Positions 39,801 through 50,124 are shown, numbered from the stretch's first letter. The stretch is 60,274 nt of DNA from Paraphysomonas bandaiensis (GCA_965644295.1 CBFFRP010000230.1:1-60274), one strand, 5' to 3'. Numbers and translations: made by a program. The notes: generated by a model not told the origin, from the sequence alone.

Positions 39801-42800
39801 GTAATTTGCAGAGAGTGTTTGCATTTAAAGTTGAACTCTCCTTAAATTCTTCAAGATCAATCACAGCTTGTGTTCGAAGTACATCCTCTGGAATTTCTTT
39901 AGCCTTTCCTTTCTTTGATTTCTTGTAAAGTTCGATGGCCTCTTCCTTGCTCTTTTCCGCTGCCTCTATTAATTCGTTTAGGTGAATTGCAGCCGCTTCA
40001 ACTTCTACTGGAGTACTACGATTCAATATGCGCCTTGCAATTTCTCCCATGTCTGATAGCGTTGCAGCAACATCCTCCACAACCCCATCTATAGTAAGCA
40101 CTGGCAGTTCCAAAGATTTCCCTAGTTTAGATGCAGCAGTGGACACCCCGCTAAGCATAGGGCCCACGACAAGGATATCCTGCTGCTTATCTTCGTCGCG
40201 CGGTTGATTTTCAGTGCTGTAAGGCGGATGATGTAACTCGAAGTCGGCATTGGCATGAGCAGACTCTTCGTCAGGGTTAGTCATTACTGCCTTGTATGCA
40301 TCCAAAATAAACGAAGGCAGCGGTTCACCGGGGTTTCTCACAGGTGCACGACACAATCCATCAGCTTCATATATGTCTACTGCTTGTAAAATTGCATCCT
40401 CTTCCTTAAAACTAGTGTCAAAATCAAGGGAGTATAATTCTACGGGACAATCTCCATCGTTGAATATTGTGACAACTTTGTCCTCTCCAGAAGAAAAGGG
40501 GAGCACTGGTCCGAATTCCGCAACTGGTGGGTCGAAGCGAATTGGAGTACCCACGCCTTCGCCCATCAGCATCAAGGTTTTCTTCGACTTATTATTCATA
40601 TCAATTTTCATTGTCAAGGTGACTTTATTTTTTCTAGCTTCAGTAGGAACGTACTCAATTTCAACAACAACGCTCTGGCCAGCTCGCACACTTCCTTCCA
40701 TTGGATACACGGTGAACTTATTTTCATCTTTCGAAGTACCAGGTTTCTTTAACTGCCAGCGCGTGGTTACAGGGGTGTTGTTGTGCAAACGTACAAACAT
40801 TCTTTTGCAGCACCCAAGCTTAACACGTTCAAAGTCTATGGAGTCCGATGACAACACCAAGTCTGGCATGCAGACATTAACTGAAAGAAGAAGATTCACA
40901 GTAGGAGCGTTCTTCATTGTAATCGGCAGTGTGTTCGTTTGCCTACCGAGATGTAGCCGGCCCCTGGCCAAAAATTTCACAACAATATCAACGACACCAG
41001 CCTCCGGTAGTTTTGTCACTTTATCTGGATCTATAGAGAACCCAGATCCCGCCAAATGTTGTTTATCAAATACCCATGACATGGGACCAGACGTTGATGC
41101 ATTCATTATCTTGAACACTTTTTTCCTGGACGTACCGGAAATGACGTTGCCAAAGTCACACAGGTAATTTGCAACGACAATTTTATCCACCCCTAAAAGA
41201 CCTGATGCATCTGCGGCATCCTGGAGGTCAATAGTACCTTTAGAAGCCCTCGACTTTATAGTTTTTGGGCTAGACAACTTCAATGTTTGCACCTTCTCTT
41301 CAAAATCAGCTAGATGAGAGCAAAACGCCATGCGGTGCATTTCTACGTCAATTGCAATTTGTGAAGGCTCTTTGCCCTTGAATGGGAGAGACAAAGTTGA
41401 AGTATTGCCATCCTCGTAATCATCTGTCGGAGAAGGCTGGTATATAGGTGGGACCGCCGATGTTGCACTTGGTTTCCCTGGTTCGTTTCCGTCACCAAGC
41501 TTTGGGGGAAACTTGGATTTATCAGGGTGCATAATATTTTCCCGCGCATGAGAAGTAAACGCTGCCCACAACTCAGGGATGTTTTTGTCCTTTCCTTCAC
41601 CCAGTGGACCATGCCTCTTGTGCCGAGGTAATGTAACCGCAACTGCAGGAAATATTCCTTTACAGAAGCACTTAACTTTCACAGGGTCAAAATGTGCGAT
41701 CTTAAATATAACTGTTTCTGCAAAAGTCGAGGGAATCCCAGGTCGAAATCTCAGAGTCACTTTTAACTTCTCGCCAGCTCCAACTTTACCTGATGAAGGT
41801 GATGCCTCGATTAAATTGGTCGCTGATAATTCTTCCATACTAACAGCAAAATTAAAAGCAACCTTTCCTAAATTGGAGATGATAACTTGCTCATCTTTCC
41901 GTTCACAGTATAAAATTTCACCAAAATCAACGACATCCCTGTCCATTGAAAACGTTACAACCGAAGCTTCGCCTTGAAGTGTGAGCTTGTACTCCGGTCC
42001 CCCATCCACTTGACATATCACAGCAGTGGATAGCTTACAATTGGTATGGCCGAACATTGTGAATTCAATATCTTCAGATTCACCAGCTTTTAAAACAGAA
42101 CGAATTGGCAAAATATCGAATATTTGACTAGGCGATAAATTGTTCGATGACCTTGTCTTCGTTCCTTTCCCAGGCATTTTACCTTCATCTTCGATGAATA
42201 TCCAATTATAAGCTGCATCTAATTTGCTCCAATTTTTCACTCGAACCTTGCAAGTCTTGGTCGTATCGTTCAATACACACCCAAAGTTAACCACAGAGGC
42301 CTCAAACTCAAGATTAGGAAACAATATGTCAGCACGCAGAGGAATACTATCTTTCTGTGGATGAGCTCGATAAGACACAATCAATTGCTTTTCAACCGTA
42401 TGCGATGTCAAGTCATCACGGTACATAGGATCAAATTCGACAGACAGGTCAGTACTTTGTTCAGGTGCTAGTGTATGCTCCCAAGAACTTAAATTAAATG
42501 GGACATCCACTTTTAGTACAAAGGTTAAAGGGATGGCCGTCTTATTAGTCAGTCTAATTTCTTTACGCTGTAGCAATGGCTCAACTCCCTTCTCCCAACT
42601 GTAAACAAAGTCCAGCTCCTTCTCAGAAAATGTCAACAAAGGGTCAACAACTTCAGCACGAATCTCGGTGCTTATTATTGTTTTAACTCCTCTCTCCTTC
42701 CCTACTTTACTTTCAAGTAAGAACTGCTCCATGGCAGCTACCGCCTGCGGGCTACTTCCTTTAAAAGTAAACGTTGTTGCTGTTCGCGGACGCAAGGTGA

Positions 42801-45717
42801 TTTCTGTGGGCTCCACTGAAAAGTATGCATCTAGTGGCATCAGAGATTTCGGGACTCTCTTTCCTTCTTTTGTCAGCTTTTTGGCTTTAGCTTGCCTATT
42901 AGCATTCTCTTCTTTGTTCGTAAAGTTTGTCCACCTCAGCGCTTGCTGGCGGCGTCCTTTATTCTCTAAGGTAATTTTCCGTTCAAAACAGATATTAGTA
43001 AGTTGCACTCCGAAGTCAATGAGACGAATATTCTGCTCGCAGAATATCGACGTTCCGATTCCACGAGCAACAAGGGGAATCATCAGGTTCATTCCTTCAT
43101 GAACCATTATGTGGAGCTCGTCTTCATGAACAATAGTGTCATCCAAGTTAGCAGTGACGGTAAGTTCAAACTCGCTATGAGGTTGCAGCACAACCTCTTC
43201 AGTCGATAGCTTATACTTACTACGAGCCATTTTTAGGAAAATCTTGCACGATGCAGGAATCAAGCTGGTATTCGTCAGAATAAGTGTTCTAGGTGAGTCC
43301 AGAAGGCACTCGACATTGCCCCACCGCAATTCAGTTTTATCTGTTTCAACTTTGGGGCCAACAGAAACACAAGACAAAGCAGCCTGTATTGGCGGTTCTT
43401 GAGACCCTGCCACAGCAATCACCACCGGAATCTTAAATGTCCCCAACTTCTCTGTCTGAAAGGTGAACTTAACATTCCTTGAGCCGCCAACTGGAACAAC
43501 AACAGTTTCCGGGTCCGCAGTGTAAAGTGCAACACCCTTCGAGGGTTGTGGCTGGGGAAGAATCGTGCACTTCGTTTCCACCACATTAGATTGGTTTATA
43601 AGTGTCATTTCTTGCTCGTAAGGGTATCTCAAGAAACAGTCCCCGAAAGCGAGCTCACGCTGTGGTAAACGAACAGATGATACAATGCATTCTGCAGTTA
43701 CTGGTATACTAGACACTACTTCGCCCACACCATGAATATCAATTGCCAAAGTGTAGTTGTATACTTTGACAGTGTTAGGAGTGAACCTGATAGCAACTTC
43801 AACTGACTGTCCTGATGCAAGACAGCCAACAGCTGGCAACACTTCGAACTCACGCTTGACGTAAGTGCCGTCTTGAGGTACATATAGTTTGTAGTTCATG
43901 TCGACATTCGACGTGTTGACTAGGACTGTAGTCATGGTATGTACCAAGTCATACGAAACAATTCCAAAATCAATTTTCTTCGTATCAAAATGAAACGTTG
44001 GGCCGATGACCTGACCTTTAATGACGCACTGTAGTGGTTCTTCACTACCTTGCAGCGAAAAGCTGAATGTCTCCGAAAATTCTCCCAATATGTCACTTAG
44101 AAATTGAATATTAATACGCTCGCTTTGGCCAATCTCAAGTACGCTTTCACGAGGGAAAAACTTAAACTTATTGCTTAGTCGAGATGTTGAAGGGATGAGG
44201 CTCCATTCAGCTGGAATATCGCCCTTGTTCGATATGATAACCTCATAATTTTGAGGCGAATTGATAAACACATCGCCAATATCAAAAATGTCAAATGAGA
44301 GCCCAGCATGTGGACCGATACCAGTTCCGGAAAGCTGGAGAGGAAGGCGGTCTTCTCGTCCAGATATATCAAGAAACGCAAGACAGCTGTATGCTGCAGC
44401 TGTATCAGGCCGAAAAGACACCGTAATCTCTATCTCCGACTTTGCCCAGACAGTGCCTTCAACAGGAGTGATTTCAAAAATGTCATCCACGAAGTGCATC
44501 TGATCGTGTTCCAGGGCTTTCCTAAGGTTACGGTATTTACGAATAAGAGTAGCTTTGGCGGCGCGAGCGTCGAAAGAGAGGCCAAAATCGCTGTCGAATA
44601 TATCCTCTTGGTCATATGACTGCGACACCGAACCAAAATCTCCATTAGCTGCGGCATCTAACAGCTCCTCTTCCTCTAACTCTTCCATACGCGTAATTTC
44701 TGCATGTAACCGTGCACGTTCCTCCTCCTCTTCGTATCGACTCCCAAAAGACTTCCATGAAAACTTTATGGAGATTTCGCTGTGGTTATGAATACGTAGT
44801 GTTTGCTGAGACGATAACGATATAAACGACGGCTCCATAGTGACAGCAGGTGTGCTCAAAGATACATCCACGTTCTTTCCAGAGCCTTTGACCCCCATGT
44901 AGCACTTTATCTTTTTTGTGAATTCTATCTCAATATCTGCCTCAACAATTTCAGATCCTGTTGGGGTGAAAAATATCTCGATCATCTGAGACCCTCCTGG
45001 CTCAACAATCATGTCTTCTGAGGAACACGTAATCGATGGGTGCTGTGAAAATAACCGAAACGTAGCGACACTTGATCCAACATTTTGCGCAAGCACCATC
45101 TTTCTTGAGGTAGACTTCACTGGACACGACCCAAACTGTATCTCATCCGGAAAGCTCATACGTGGTCGCTCCCCAATCGCCCTAACAGGAACAAGGAATT
45201 TTTCTCTCTCTGTAACACAGACTAGATCCAGAGTATAATCTCGAACTTCTTGTGGCTTAAATTTTACAATGAAACATACTTCCATTCCAGCTGCAATTTT
45301 ACTTTGTTTCAGGGGCTGTCCATTAACATTGCGAGGTGCAGTAACCTCAAAAAAGGGAGAATCGGTTTGCATTATTTTAATTCGCCTCGCAACTTTATCA
45401 CGGTTTCGAAAAAATAACTTCTTCTCATGTACAGCAAAAGGGGCATAATCCTCAAAAATCAATGCGGTTGGTGAAGGACTGAATATGGGTTTGTCAATGT
45501 CAACAGTAGAATGGACCTGTGCGGTGTTGTCTTTGATATTCATAAATTCAACTATCATGGGATAGTCATCAACGGGGCAGTCAACCAACGATTGATTAAG
45601 AAATTCACTTGGACGCATCCGAGCACTAGCACTGACCAAAGGCTTTGATGCCCTCTCATTGAGAGATGTTGACATCGATGCTTTCGATTTCATTGATTCG
45701 TTCTCCGATACAGACAA
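30838..45717 (-). CDS. HYDIN: Hydin, axonemal central pair protein; exact start uncertain
   Basis: 4959-aa ORF with many ASH/Ig-like repeats (DFG..., N.G...F.W), an adenylate-kinase-like segment ILVVGPMLSGVST, a Hydin-like N-terminus (KIAAGMEVCF..CVTEREKF) and C-terminus (PWIIYLRG). Confidence 0.96.
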   Translation of the reverse strand: MSVSENESMKSKASMSTSLNERASKPLVSASARMRPSEFLNQSLVDCPVDDYPMIVEFMNIKDNTAQVHSTVDIDKPIFSPSPTALIFEDYAPFAVHEKKLFFRNRDKVARRIKIMQTDSPFFEVTAPRNVNGQPLKQSKIAAGMEVCFIVKFKPQEVRDYTLDLVCVTEREKFLVPVRAIGERPRMSFPDEIQFGSCPVKSTSRKMVLAQNVGSSVATFRLFSQHPSITCSSEDMIVEPGGSQMIEIFFTPTGSEIVEADIEIEFTKKIKCYMGVKGSGKNVDVSLSTPAVTMEPSFISLSSQQTLRIHNHSEISIKFSWKSFGSRYEEEEERARLHAEITRMEELEEEELLDAAANGDFGSVSQSYDQEDIFDSDFGLSFDARAAKATLIRKYRNLRKALEHDQMHFVDDIFEITPVEGTVWAKSEIEITVSFRPDTAAAYSCLAFLDISGREDRLPLQLSGTGIGPHAGLSFDIFDIGDVFINSPQNYEVIISNKGDIPAEWSLIPSTSRLSNKFKFFPRESVLEIGQSERINIQFLSDILGEFSETFSFSLQGSEEPLQCVIKGQVIGPTFHFDTKKIDFGIVSYDLVHTMTTVLVNTSNVDMNYKLYVPQDGTYVKREFEVLPAVGCLASGQSVEVAIRFTPNTVKVYNYTLAIDIHGVGEVVSSIPVTAECIVSSVRLPQRELAFGDCFLRYPYEQEMTLINQSNVVETKCTILPQPQPSKGVALYTADPETVVVPVGGSRNVKFTFQTEKLGTFKIPVVIAVAGSQEPPIQAALSCVSVGPKVETDKTELRWGNVECLLDSPRTLILTNTSLIPASCKIFLKMARSKYKLSTEEVVLQPHSEFELTVTANLDDTIVHEDELHIMVHEGMNLMIPLVARGIGTSIFCEQNIRLIDFGVQLTNICFERKITLENKGRRQQALRWTNFTNKEENANRQAKAKKLTKEGKRVPKSLMPLDAYFSVEPTEITLRPRTATTFTFKGSSPQAVAAMEQFLLESKVGKERGVKTIISTEIRAEVVDPLLTFSEKELDFVYSWEKGVEPLLQRKEIRLTNKTAIPLTFVLKVDVPFNLSSWEHTLAPEQSTDLSVEFDPMYRDDLTSHTVEKQLIVSYRAHPQKDSIPLRADILFPNLEFEASVVNFGCVLNDTTKTCKVRVKNWSKLDAAYNWIFIEDEGKMPGKGTKTRSSNNLSPSQIFDILPIRSVLKAGESEDIEFTMFGHTNCKLSTAVICQVDGGPEYKLTLQGEASVVTFSMDRDVVDFGEILYCERKDEQVIISNLGKVAFNFAVSMEELSATNLIEASPSSGKVGAGEKLKVTLRFRPGIPSTFAETVIFKIAHFDPVKVKCFCKGIFPAVAVTLPRHKRHGPLGEGKDKNIPELWAAFTSHARENIMHPDKSKFPPKLGDGNEPGKPSATSAVPPIYQPSPTDDYEDGNTSTLSLPFKGKEPSQIAIDVEMHRMAFCSHLADFEEKVQTLKLSSPKTIKSRASKGTIDLQDAADASGLLGVDKIVVANYLCDFGNVISGTSRKKVFKIMNASTSGPMSWVFDKQHLAGSGFSIDPDKVTKLPEAGVVDIVVKFLARGRLHLGRQTNTLPITMKNAPTVNLLLSVNVCMPDLVLSSDSIDFERVKLGCCKRMFVRLHNNTPVTTRWQLKKPGTSKDENKFTVYPMEGSVRAGQSVVVEIEYVPTEARKNKVTLTMKIDMNNKSKKTLMLMGEGVGTPIRFDPPVAEFGPVLPFSSGEDKVVTIFNDGDCPVELYSLDFDTSFKEEDAILQAVDIYEADGLCRAPVRNPGEPLPSFILDAYKAVMTNPDEESAHANADFELHHPPYSTENQPRDEDKQQDILVVGPMLSGVSTAASKLGKSLELPVLTIDGVVEDVAATLSDMGEIARRILNRSTPVEVEAAAIHLNELIEAAEKSKEEAIELYKKSKKGKAKEIPEDVLRTQAVIDLEEFKESSTLNANTLCKLLQERVKYAGCGYGIVLDGVSSKFANPTTVIAGVAKAFPNIVVSQIVISGGEAGYCARLASLHDAKTDEVDDIKVKLEEAAKLERAKEAEKIKSSRGSARRGSAMAAEVNSGRRESIKPESARRTSHSNIAVEEVAELDESVEVCLPVGDETWVDANTNMVMELSDDEFKSLENDQKEVYLKQIKYQRIQRLASAEAVLERLGTVWDEASAELKRPNSSEENETEEKDEDQLNKPDDNVMYYDTYISKVCTALVSSFSPSSEVPDGESVGSAPTPESDGEQKDDNMPNIPSNIIQIECEEDSDADAVFSVMKALLPAPLVPPPDKDALPPPKTNQIFRKPYPRLERKPVPNFRIIPYDGNSSSCDDASDTPEPNSSAESAQVFRWVIEGKSSMQFKLHYKSEVEGRNDAALSFEIVGTHQTYTLFATGICEVPHIQSDSRSVFMRRVKGLIGGQPPPQKRYISSDDFYSFGPLLRFKEPEWRIVPAEGEPEDNYNSVSSTNMDVIRICNNGRYKCTVDMGFDMTGIEEEEIQTFYVEPSTLELEEGETRDIKIWAFPKDAIEYRKTLVACISNNPQPVAYELSCWGVEPSVELSGPWEEAMLKFEAEIAEKKAEAKPDAKLIKEMESKYEQMKSSLIVDFDRILIERTDLRMFTMKNTCLLPVAWEIDAGDFKDSSNVTISPLSGIVNPGTSCNISVSFFSRDPMICTGNFTLRYSDHEGGLQSDNRVKSFGLGVQAEAYNIKAVSLTALGEQEGGNEIDMGKIRVGDYVTKKLKMGNRGKYKIGFKFNVRKPGTASLLKIVPSEGEIEPNAEVEIAVTFCSPDAEVNFKGNKDIRVLISEPLTGEQVEEFNLLLTAKAVFNKFRMQPAKGISFGAMRFDSDVKTKRIELRNEGAFEFTYVVCGAMAEIDEIDMFDAQTLACYAYATPPARRTKELGENYISRIQDASKSAAAGKTAKKDDKKKAPPAKGGKSAPADDSANKPVVFDPDELQEVAIPENPLEIGSFSASPRVGVLQPGECAGIDIMFNPAGCKTVRERLRVCVSGVNPADAPSQWARSFEVVGESCTPAIVTDDIHSIFEEQQVVHSLDEINTGSEEGAAVKVENIGIGKVVYSVVEKMLAFGPVMCCVPGGRSGSVERIRITNPTKIDVKVSFNITSANEVLEASGAGGDGKDKKGGKAPPKKDPKGKKGSVAEPSPTVPSVFTVQPEVWEIPPHEHRYVNIHFNPTEIKSYRSVFVASVEDDNTDAAAGTTSNSVEGSKSDKKLSFDLGGSGTMPCIAVEQPTERDSDGNLVIDFNRVHSDRVSTKSFILRNDGVMTSTCLFDMPPGSCFNFPSKDSSLTLNAGEKRELSVSFAPKDVANGTEEVMSSQVKISVLNNPYDKYFLKLNGTAYSCDAIIETSGDDISQEEIKFAHINLSQGPGSTSETILLRSRSDHPIKFKFTPDENLPKVFSCKPSVGHLGPQGTKEILVSFSADTPTTIESGVLSCSLQPIEYKTREVVADEPDDSEEKVAVVGDQELELRNIWDDSMVSIRPATDDDLKKIKDEEDALAAYEAKVEAEAKKGKKGKAVGPPPETCGLKQVGDLEDGTKMVQETVREPYYEVLEEKDTQTIQMHCKCSADAAKYSCSAAGQNIQFKPTFLFQSTSYKFTFKNESMIDMPVSWHMESAKRRGTRGGTSSSRSMVRMGTSSTRSQSVPNPFTISPDTCVVPPNTEQEFTIRFSPLEVDDFMYIFHGDTVPSVPPDTENNDSTSDNLVAPLRLFVKGEAKRPVCHFNITESPDYLLRRPPGMKNEVGLYAPIEATDMRVVEVESTGLRVRNAFRFSVVNPTNDNYEFKWDSMGDPSPFWRCALGAGMLFAGKSTEMIFEFSPEEDAPAESFYKFSLPTVGVSQVFLFAGKVSEPRVTLSTSKVDFHSVVLEGEGTTETLYIENKESIPFSFAFDKVALQNLEGPSGPILSILPRTGTVPPNSKFPVELLFRPQEEIHYNLNVSCEIRRKPNKLSVNIKGEGYAVHPLIQLEHSGEVVSGVTDHYITLKPAPHVNYADFGAVQVLDSITKTFIVTNNGKYNFDYQWDTDVDVMTTSNLSLSGGKYGGTLQKGVKMEYGITFAPEKEMNIDGAVMTFTVAGKFVYNIIVKGSGVQPAVRFSFMHYDFGSCFITSPGGNTVIEETVLRIVNHDPVNNIAVDCSFQKTRALWAECHPVVLEPGGGVDVPIRFAPRDVKEYAFVIPFVINGTGKVNVNVVGQGILPRLELVNAAQRRTNFGLVDVGSDNVKTITLVNKSVRALPVQLCEDDAQYGGSALGDCCVVYNPRNEFIIQPRDKATIQLIFSPNRRIPQFTEELMIRYAGITRKLLTVFGKAQGAEVSLDTDSLPFGVVVDGSRKMKKLSLENSGDLSLTFRWVESSFGPHFSISPLFGKLAPGNEVNFDVIFEPKFVDADIRQENIMLSIPGMSPLTLTCSGVCVPQPDDSIVLLNFESLVRKEQRKEVNLRNPTDKDWFISPSISGIHWSVPNEIKVPPKGSADLVITYFPLVMCEKPESEDDITDESGLQGQLFMALPDGTAQLYKLRGFSGLPESCGTVTVETSAKKHCMIPLKMSNWLSETQKFHIDIDTLERPSPATFFIAANAVEVAPHGVKDFQVRFNAYVEGTTKATVTFTNRSTGEYFFYDVVAKATSAEILEDIVMESSVRQSAKHLITIENPLQHECDVQMGTGSNPDDWWSCDSKCIRVKQLVSISGNPEGSFELEYRPLTPTNKPEEHLVTIMTKELGTFKYKVIVTATPSSVRQTLHFEVPLGNIQTETFLFKTYNHDQTTYNCSVRKPTFFNVNKALAVPAVTQWDGEDARLGVTFEPADIGTTHDILTVTSPEGGLYECELVGRCVPPMPLGPYNFNQGSAQDIPFRNCFNETCQWSFVVDSPHFKTSAATASVPAKSDGVCGVEFQYITDEVNTASTSAQDFITAKLFIRCDSKSEIPPWIIYLRGKVET

Positions 45718-46278
45718 CTAATCGGAGAATCGATGATATCAATGATGCAATTAATTTCAATATATATATATATCACCCCCAAATATGCGTTCTTGACGCC
45801 AACCGATATAATATATATGGGCTCTAGCAGTAACATGCACTGCTGTTATGTTCGTCTATACAATGGCCGTGTCTATGTATGTATATGTATATATATATAT
45901 GCTGCTATGTTATACTGTATATGACCACTAGAGTGTAACTGCCATAGGAATTTGAATACAAAAACTTATCAAATTCTCCGAAACCCGCAGTTTTCGACTT
46001 TTAGGTATTAAAAAATACCCAAAATATTTGTATCCTTACATACTCCGGTACTATGCGGTACTATGTGAGTACGATATACTGTAGCAGTTGTGTGTGTACT
46101 GCTGTACGAGGTGTATGGTGTATGTATGTACAGCAGTAGGAGGAGACGGAAAACTCTTCTAGTTAATCGTGATGTGATGGAGTTGTCATGAGCTGTACAG
46201 GGCCTTGTATCTCAAGGGACTAAGCGACTAACTATATATAAAACACTACATTTATTTTGAATATTCATCTATTTGAAC

Positions 46279-46721
46279 ATGGCGGAGTAAGGGTATTAAC
46301 ATTAGATTTCATTACAGTGACTGTGTGACGCAGAACTCAAGATGAACGGAAAAAGCGAGACGAGCAAATACGCGAGACCATTATGGCCAAGCTAGTTGAA
46401 ACGGGGGAGAAAGATAGGTTATTGTATAACGCAATAAGCATGTCCTTTTTAATCTTTTTCCAGGTTGAAGGAAATGCTGAGAGAGCGTCTTGTGCAGTGC
46501 GGGTGGCGGGATGATCTGAAGGAGTACTGCAAAGATGTTATTCGTAGAAAGGGTCTTGAAAAAGTTACAATCGAGGAGCTTGTAGCAGAGATTACTCCTA
46601 AAGGACGAGGTATGTGTACGTGTTGTTACTAATTTCTTCATGATGTGTATCAGCAACTATACCGGAGGATGTCAAAGCGGAGTTACTCCTGAGAATAAGG
46701 AAGTTCTTACAAGCCACGTAA
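46279..46721 (+). CDS. ENY2: ENY2/Sus1 (SAGA DUB module and TREX-2 subunit), 4 exons
   Basis: [10 protein letters not shown]|[35 protein letters not shown]|[18 protein letters not shown]. Confidence 0.95.
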
Positions 46722-47159
46722 ATTTAGAAGCCTTAACTGTCAATATGGGGTAGCTTCGTAACTGTGTGTTTGCGTTTGATTTAAGTGAATGTAACGTACT
46801 TAAGTACATCGAAACTTTATATACTTTATCTCTGGTCTGATTCTAGTGGCTGTATACTCTGAATGAAATTTTGAATGATTACTGTGGCAATCACAGCATA
46901 TTCCCCTCAAAAGCAATTACATAAACAGTTCAAACTGAGCTTTGAAGGCACTTTTTATATCTGCAATGCTGTAATAATGTTACCAGTAAGTGTGAGTTCT
47001 TGAAATGTGATTCGCAGTTATTAGGAATAATTAACCTTATATGTACTATACATGGTATATTATATATACAATGGAATCAATATAACCACTGATAATATGT
47101 GACTACTATTCAAGCATATGGACTTTCTTCTCACACATAAATGCAAGCTATTTTCTTAT

Positions 47160-47480
47160 CCCCATTTCGTCCTGAATTAGGTTCAACAGAACGCTCATAT
47201 TAGCACCGGTAAACATGCATAGATATTCAACAGAAAATCTCTTCAAAATTTATGAAGAAGTTAACAGTGTCTTCATTATATTACACATCTTTTAGGTAGT
47301 CTACAATGAGGAATCAACTCTCAAAAGCATATCATTAAGCACGCCAAGTTCCAAACTCCAAAATCCAAACTATATTCTATCCTTTGCTGATGTAGAAGGT
47401 AATAATGATGTCAGCAATTTGCCTTCATAGTCAGGACGTCCAGATTATTACTGGAGAGTTCAAATGGCACATCTGATCAG
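47160..47480 (+). repeat. Diverged repeat family C, copy 1
   Basis: The blocks cagaacgctca, catagatattcaac, ataatgatgtcag and ggagagtt recur in the same order at 51364-51705. Confidence 0.7.
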
Positions 47481-47953
47481 GACTGCGTAACAATTCATTG
47501 CCTATTAATTGGCGAAAGTTGTAGTCAATTAAAGTTGCACTTATTACTTCTTGCTCTCCCAGATTCTGTTATTGCAATGCCAAGAATTGACAGTTAATTG
47601 TTCGCAGCCCTGCATCTGATGCTGAAAGTAATTTGGAGGAGTGACACTCAGTCCTCTCAGGGCAGTGCTGCTTATCAGGATTGTTTGTGTCAAATCATAC
47701 AAATTACTAATCATTAGATTCAGTTGCACTGTAATTGTCCATAAATATGATGATGCCAATGACAACAAGAAAACTCGTGTTCACGTCGTCATTATCAGTT
47801 ACACTTCTAACTATTCCGTTGTGCATGATAGTTATATTTTATATTGTTATTCATAATTCTCACTTTACTGTGTTCATCACTTTACACTCTAATAATCACA
47901 ACATTGTTTTACTGTTACTAAGATCAACTCTATTCTTTATTTATAGCTGCCAT

Positions 47954-48249
47954 AACTAACTTAAGCTTATAGTTAGTGCAATATTGACTGATTGATGTTA
48001 TAGGAGATATAGTGAAATTATGATGTTGTAGCACTGTGGGTTAGGAACCACGTCATTCACCGACATCAACATTCTGTAAAACAAATCGTATCTTTAACAG
48101 CTACTATATTTTCAGTTTCTTTCTCAGCTACTCCTATAGTGTAGTCATGTATAATATGTATTCATTGCTACATAGAATACAGGATAACTACTAGCGATTG
48201 GCTTTACCAAACTTTAAGTACGCACGTAGGAGTTGGTTGTAGTTCAATA
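47954..48249 (-). mobile_element. Solo LTR of the Copia family found at 58305-60274
   Basis: Aligns along its length with 58305-58611. Flanked by GCCAT at 47949-47953 and 48250-48254. Confidence 0.92.
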
Positions 48250-48632
48250 GCCATTGATTTGAAACAATACTTCGATATTTACTTGTTTTTTAATGTTAAG
48301 CAGGAAACACCTATTTCCTCTAATAGCAAGCAAGCTGCATATAGCTATATATTTTAGATTTTAGGTTGTCAACATCATGAAGAAAAGCTACACTTTAACT
48401 AAGAGACAAGGGATAAGGGGCCTTATCTAAATTGTAAAACTCGATCTTACTGCTCTCGTTTCAAAATTTTGAGCGTGGAACGATATAGTCTCCTTACAAC
48501 CCGTGGTTAATATAATATCTTCAAACAAATTAAAGTGCTGAAATATCACATAAGCAGAAAAAGTTACAATCCAACTGAACTAGTATCAGTGTAACATTAA
48601 CCAACAACTTTGGACATTGTAGAATATATTAT

Positions 48633-50124
48633 TTACGTCCTGAGCACACGCTGATGTCGCTCTCTCTTTGGACGCGCTGAACTTATCATGGTATTTACAG
48701 CCGCATTAACGTACTCTGTACATTCCTCTAGTGGTCCGACAGCAAGGTCAATGCACTCTTTAAACTTGTCTGCACACACAACATCCACTGGCTGCTCAGA
48801 AGATCCAGGGCGCGGAGGAATTCGAAGAATAGACGTATTTGGACGTGCAATACACGGTGCAGGTGTATTTGTGCGCTTATAAAAGTAAGCAGTGTGCTTC
48901 TCTCCTGAGCCGGTCATACTTGTGTTAATACTTCCAATTTCTATCACCTGATATCCGAATTCCTTTATTATTCTTCTTGGCGGTCGGTACGACACCATAT
49001 ACTGGGCGTGGGTGCTGTTAACGATATCAACTTCAAAACATAACAAATTATTACATTACCTATTATTGAAGTACTCGGCAATCTTCATGTGAAGAAAAGA
49101 GGGGAAGCCTACGTCATACATATATATGTGGGTAAAGGGATCCTAGAAAACAAAGCAGTCATATTTAACAAATAATAAAGGTATGCACAACACTTACAGT
49201 TGATGACACATCAAAAATATCTCCATGTACAAAATTAATGCCATGAATAAGTTTGGCGTCTTCTTCAGAATTTATTTGCACATTCTCGCTCATTTCAGCA
49301 ATTGCACTCTTTAAGTTCAGCATACCGAGCTACTCATGTATACTCTAAAACACAACTCATACAAGATAGAGAAAATACCTGATATCGAATTTTCTCCAAT
49401 TCTATGCCAATTGAAACACGTACTGCAATGTCCTGAGTGACATGAAAGTTGGGCTTGCCGAGACCAGATCCGACATCTATAAAACGCGAGGACGGGACCA
49501 TCTCGCAATTGTCGATCATGTAGTTGATAACCTAAAGTATGAGTCAAATTGACGTTCTTTGTCAAACTATATACCTTTTGCATACTGTGCATTGTTAGTT
49601 CCCCGTAGATTCCACCACCGCTGCCGTTTCCGCCTAAAGCACCTGTTGCCTTCTGAATGATCTTGTAAACTTTCACCACTCGTGCATCTATAGAAAAAAG
49701 CCTCTTAGGGTTTACAAGGTGATGTGTTTCCTCCTTCTCTTTATCATTCTTAGTGTCATCTATGCTAAGTGCAGTTACTGTAGAAGGCTTTGTTGCACTC
49801 GCTGTTTGAGATTGAATCTTAATGCCTTGTTTCTGCGGAGTGGCCGGGGCGATCACATCATTTTTCTTTGTTTCATTATCAGTATTGGACAAATCCGTAC
49901 TACTTGATACCCTGTGAGTAGTATTGGAAGAATCCGTGTCTTTCATTTTTCTTCTAGAACTTCTTCTGAGATTAATCTTCTTATCTTGCACTTCATCTCC
50001 CTGAGATGGCTCACTCTTGGTTATACCTGCGCAAACTATTCAGATAGTCAACTTGTATTCACTCGTTACCTTTAGACACACCAATCTTTGTCTCAGGGGT
50101 AGAATTGCGGGCTCGTCTAGGCAT
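48633..50124 (-). CDS. DOT1-like SAM-dependent (H3K79-type) methyltransferase, multi-exon
   Basis: IYGELT, FIDVGSGLGKP, SIGIELE, FVHGDIF, THIYMYD, with a basic low-complexity N-terminus MPRRAR... Confidence 0.85.

Noticed and set aside
31148-45238. Numerous plus-strand ORFs up to 291 aa within HYDIN
   Set aside because: They are antisense shadows of a long coding frame with no recognisable motifs.
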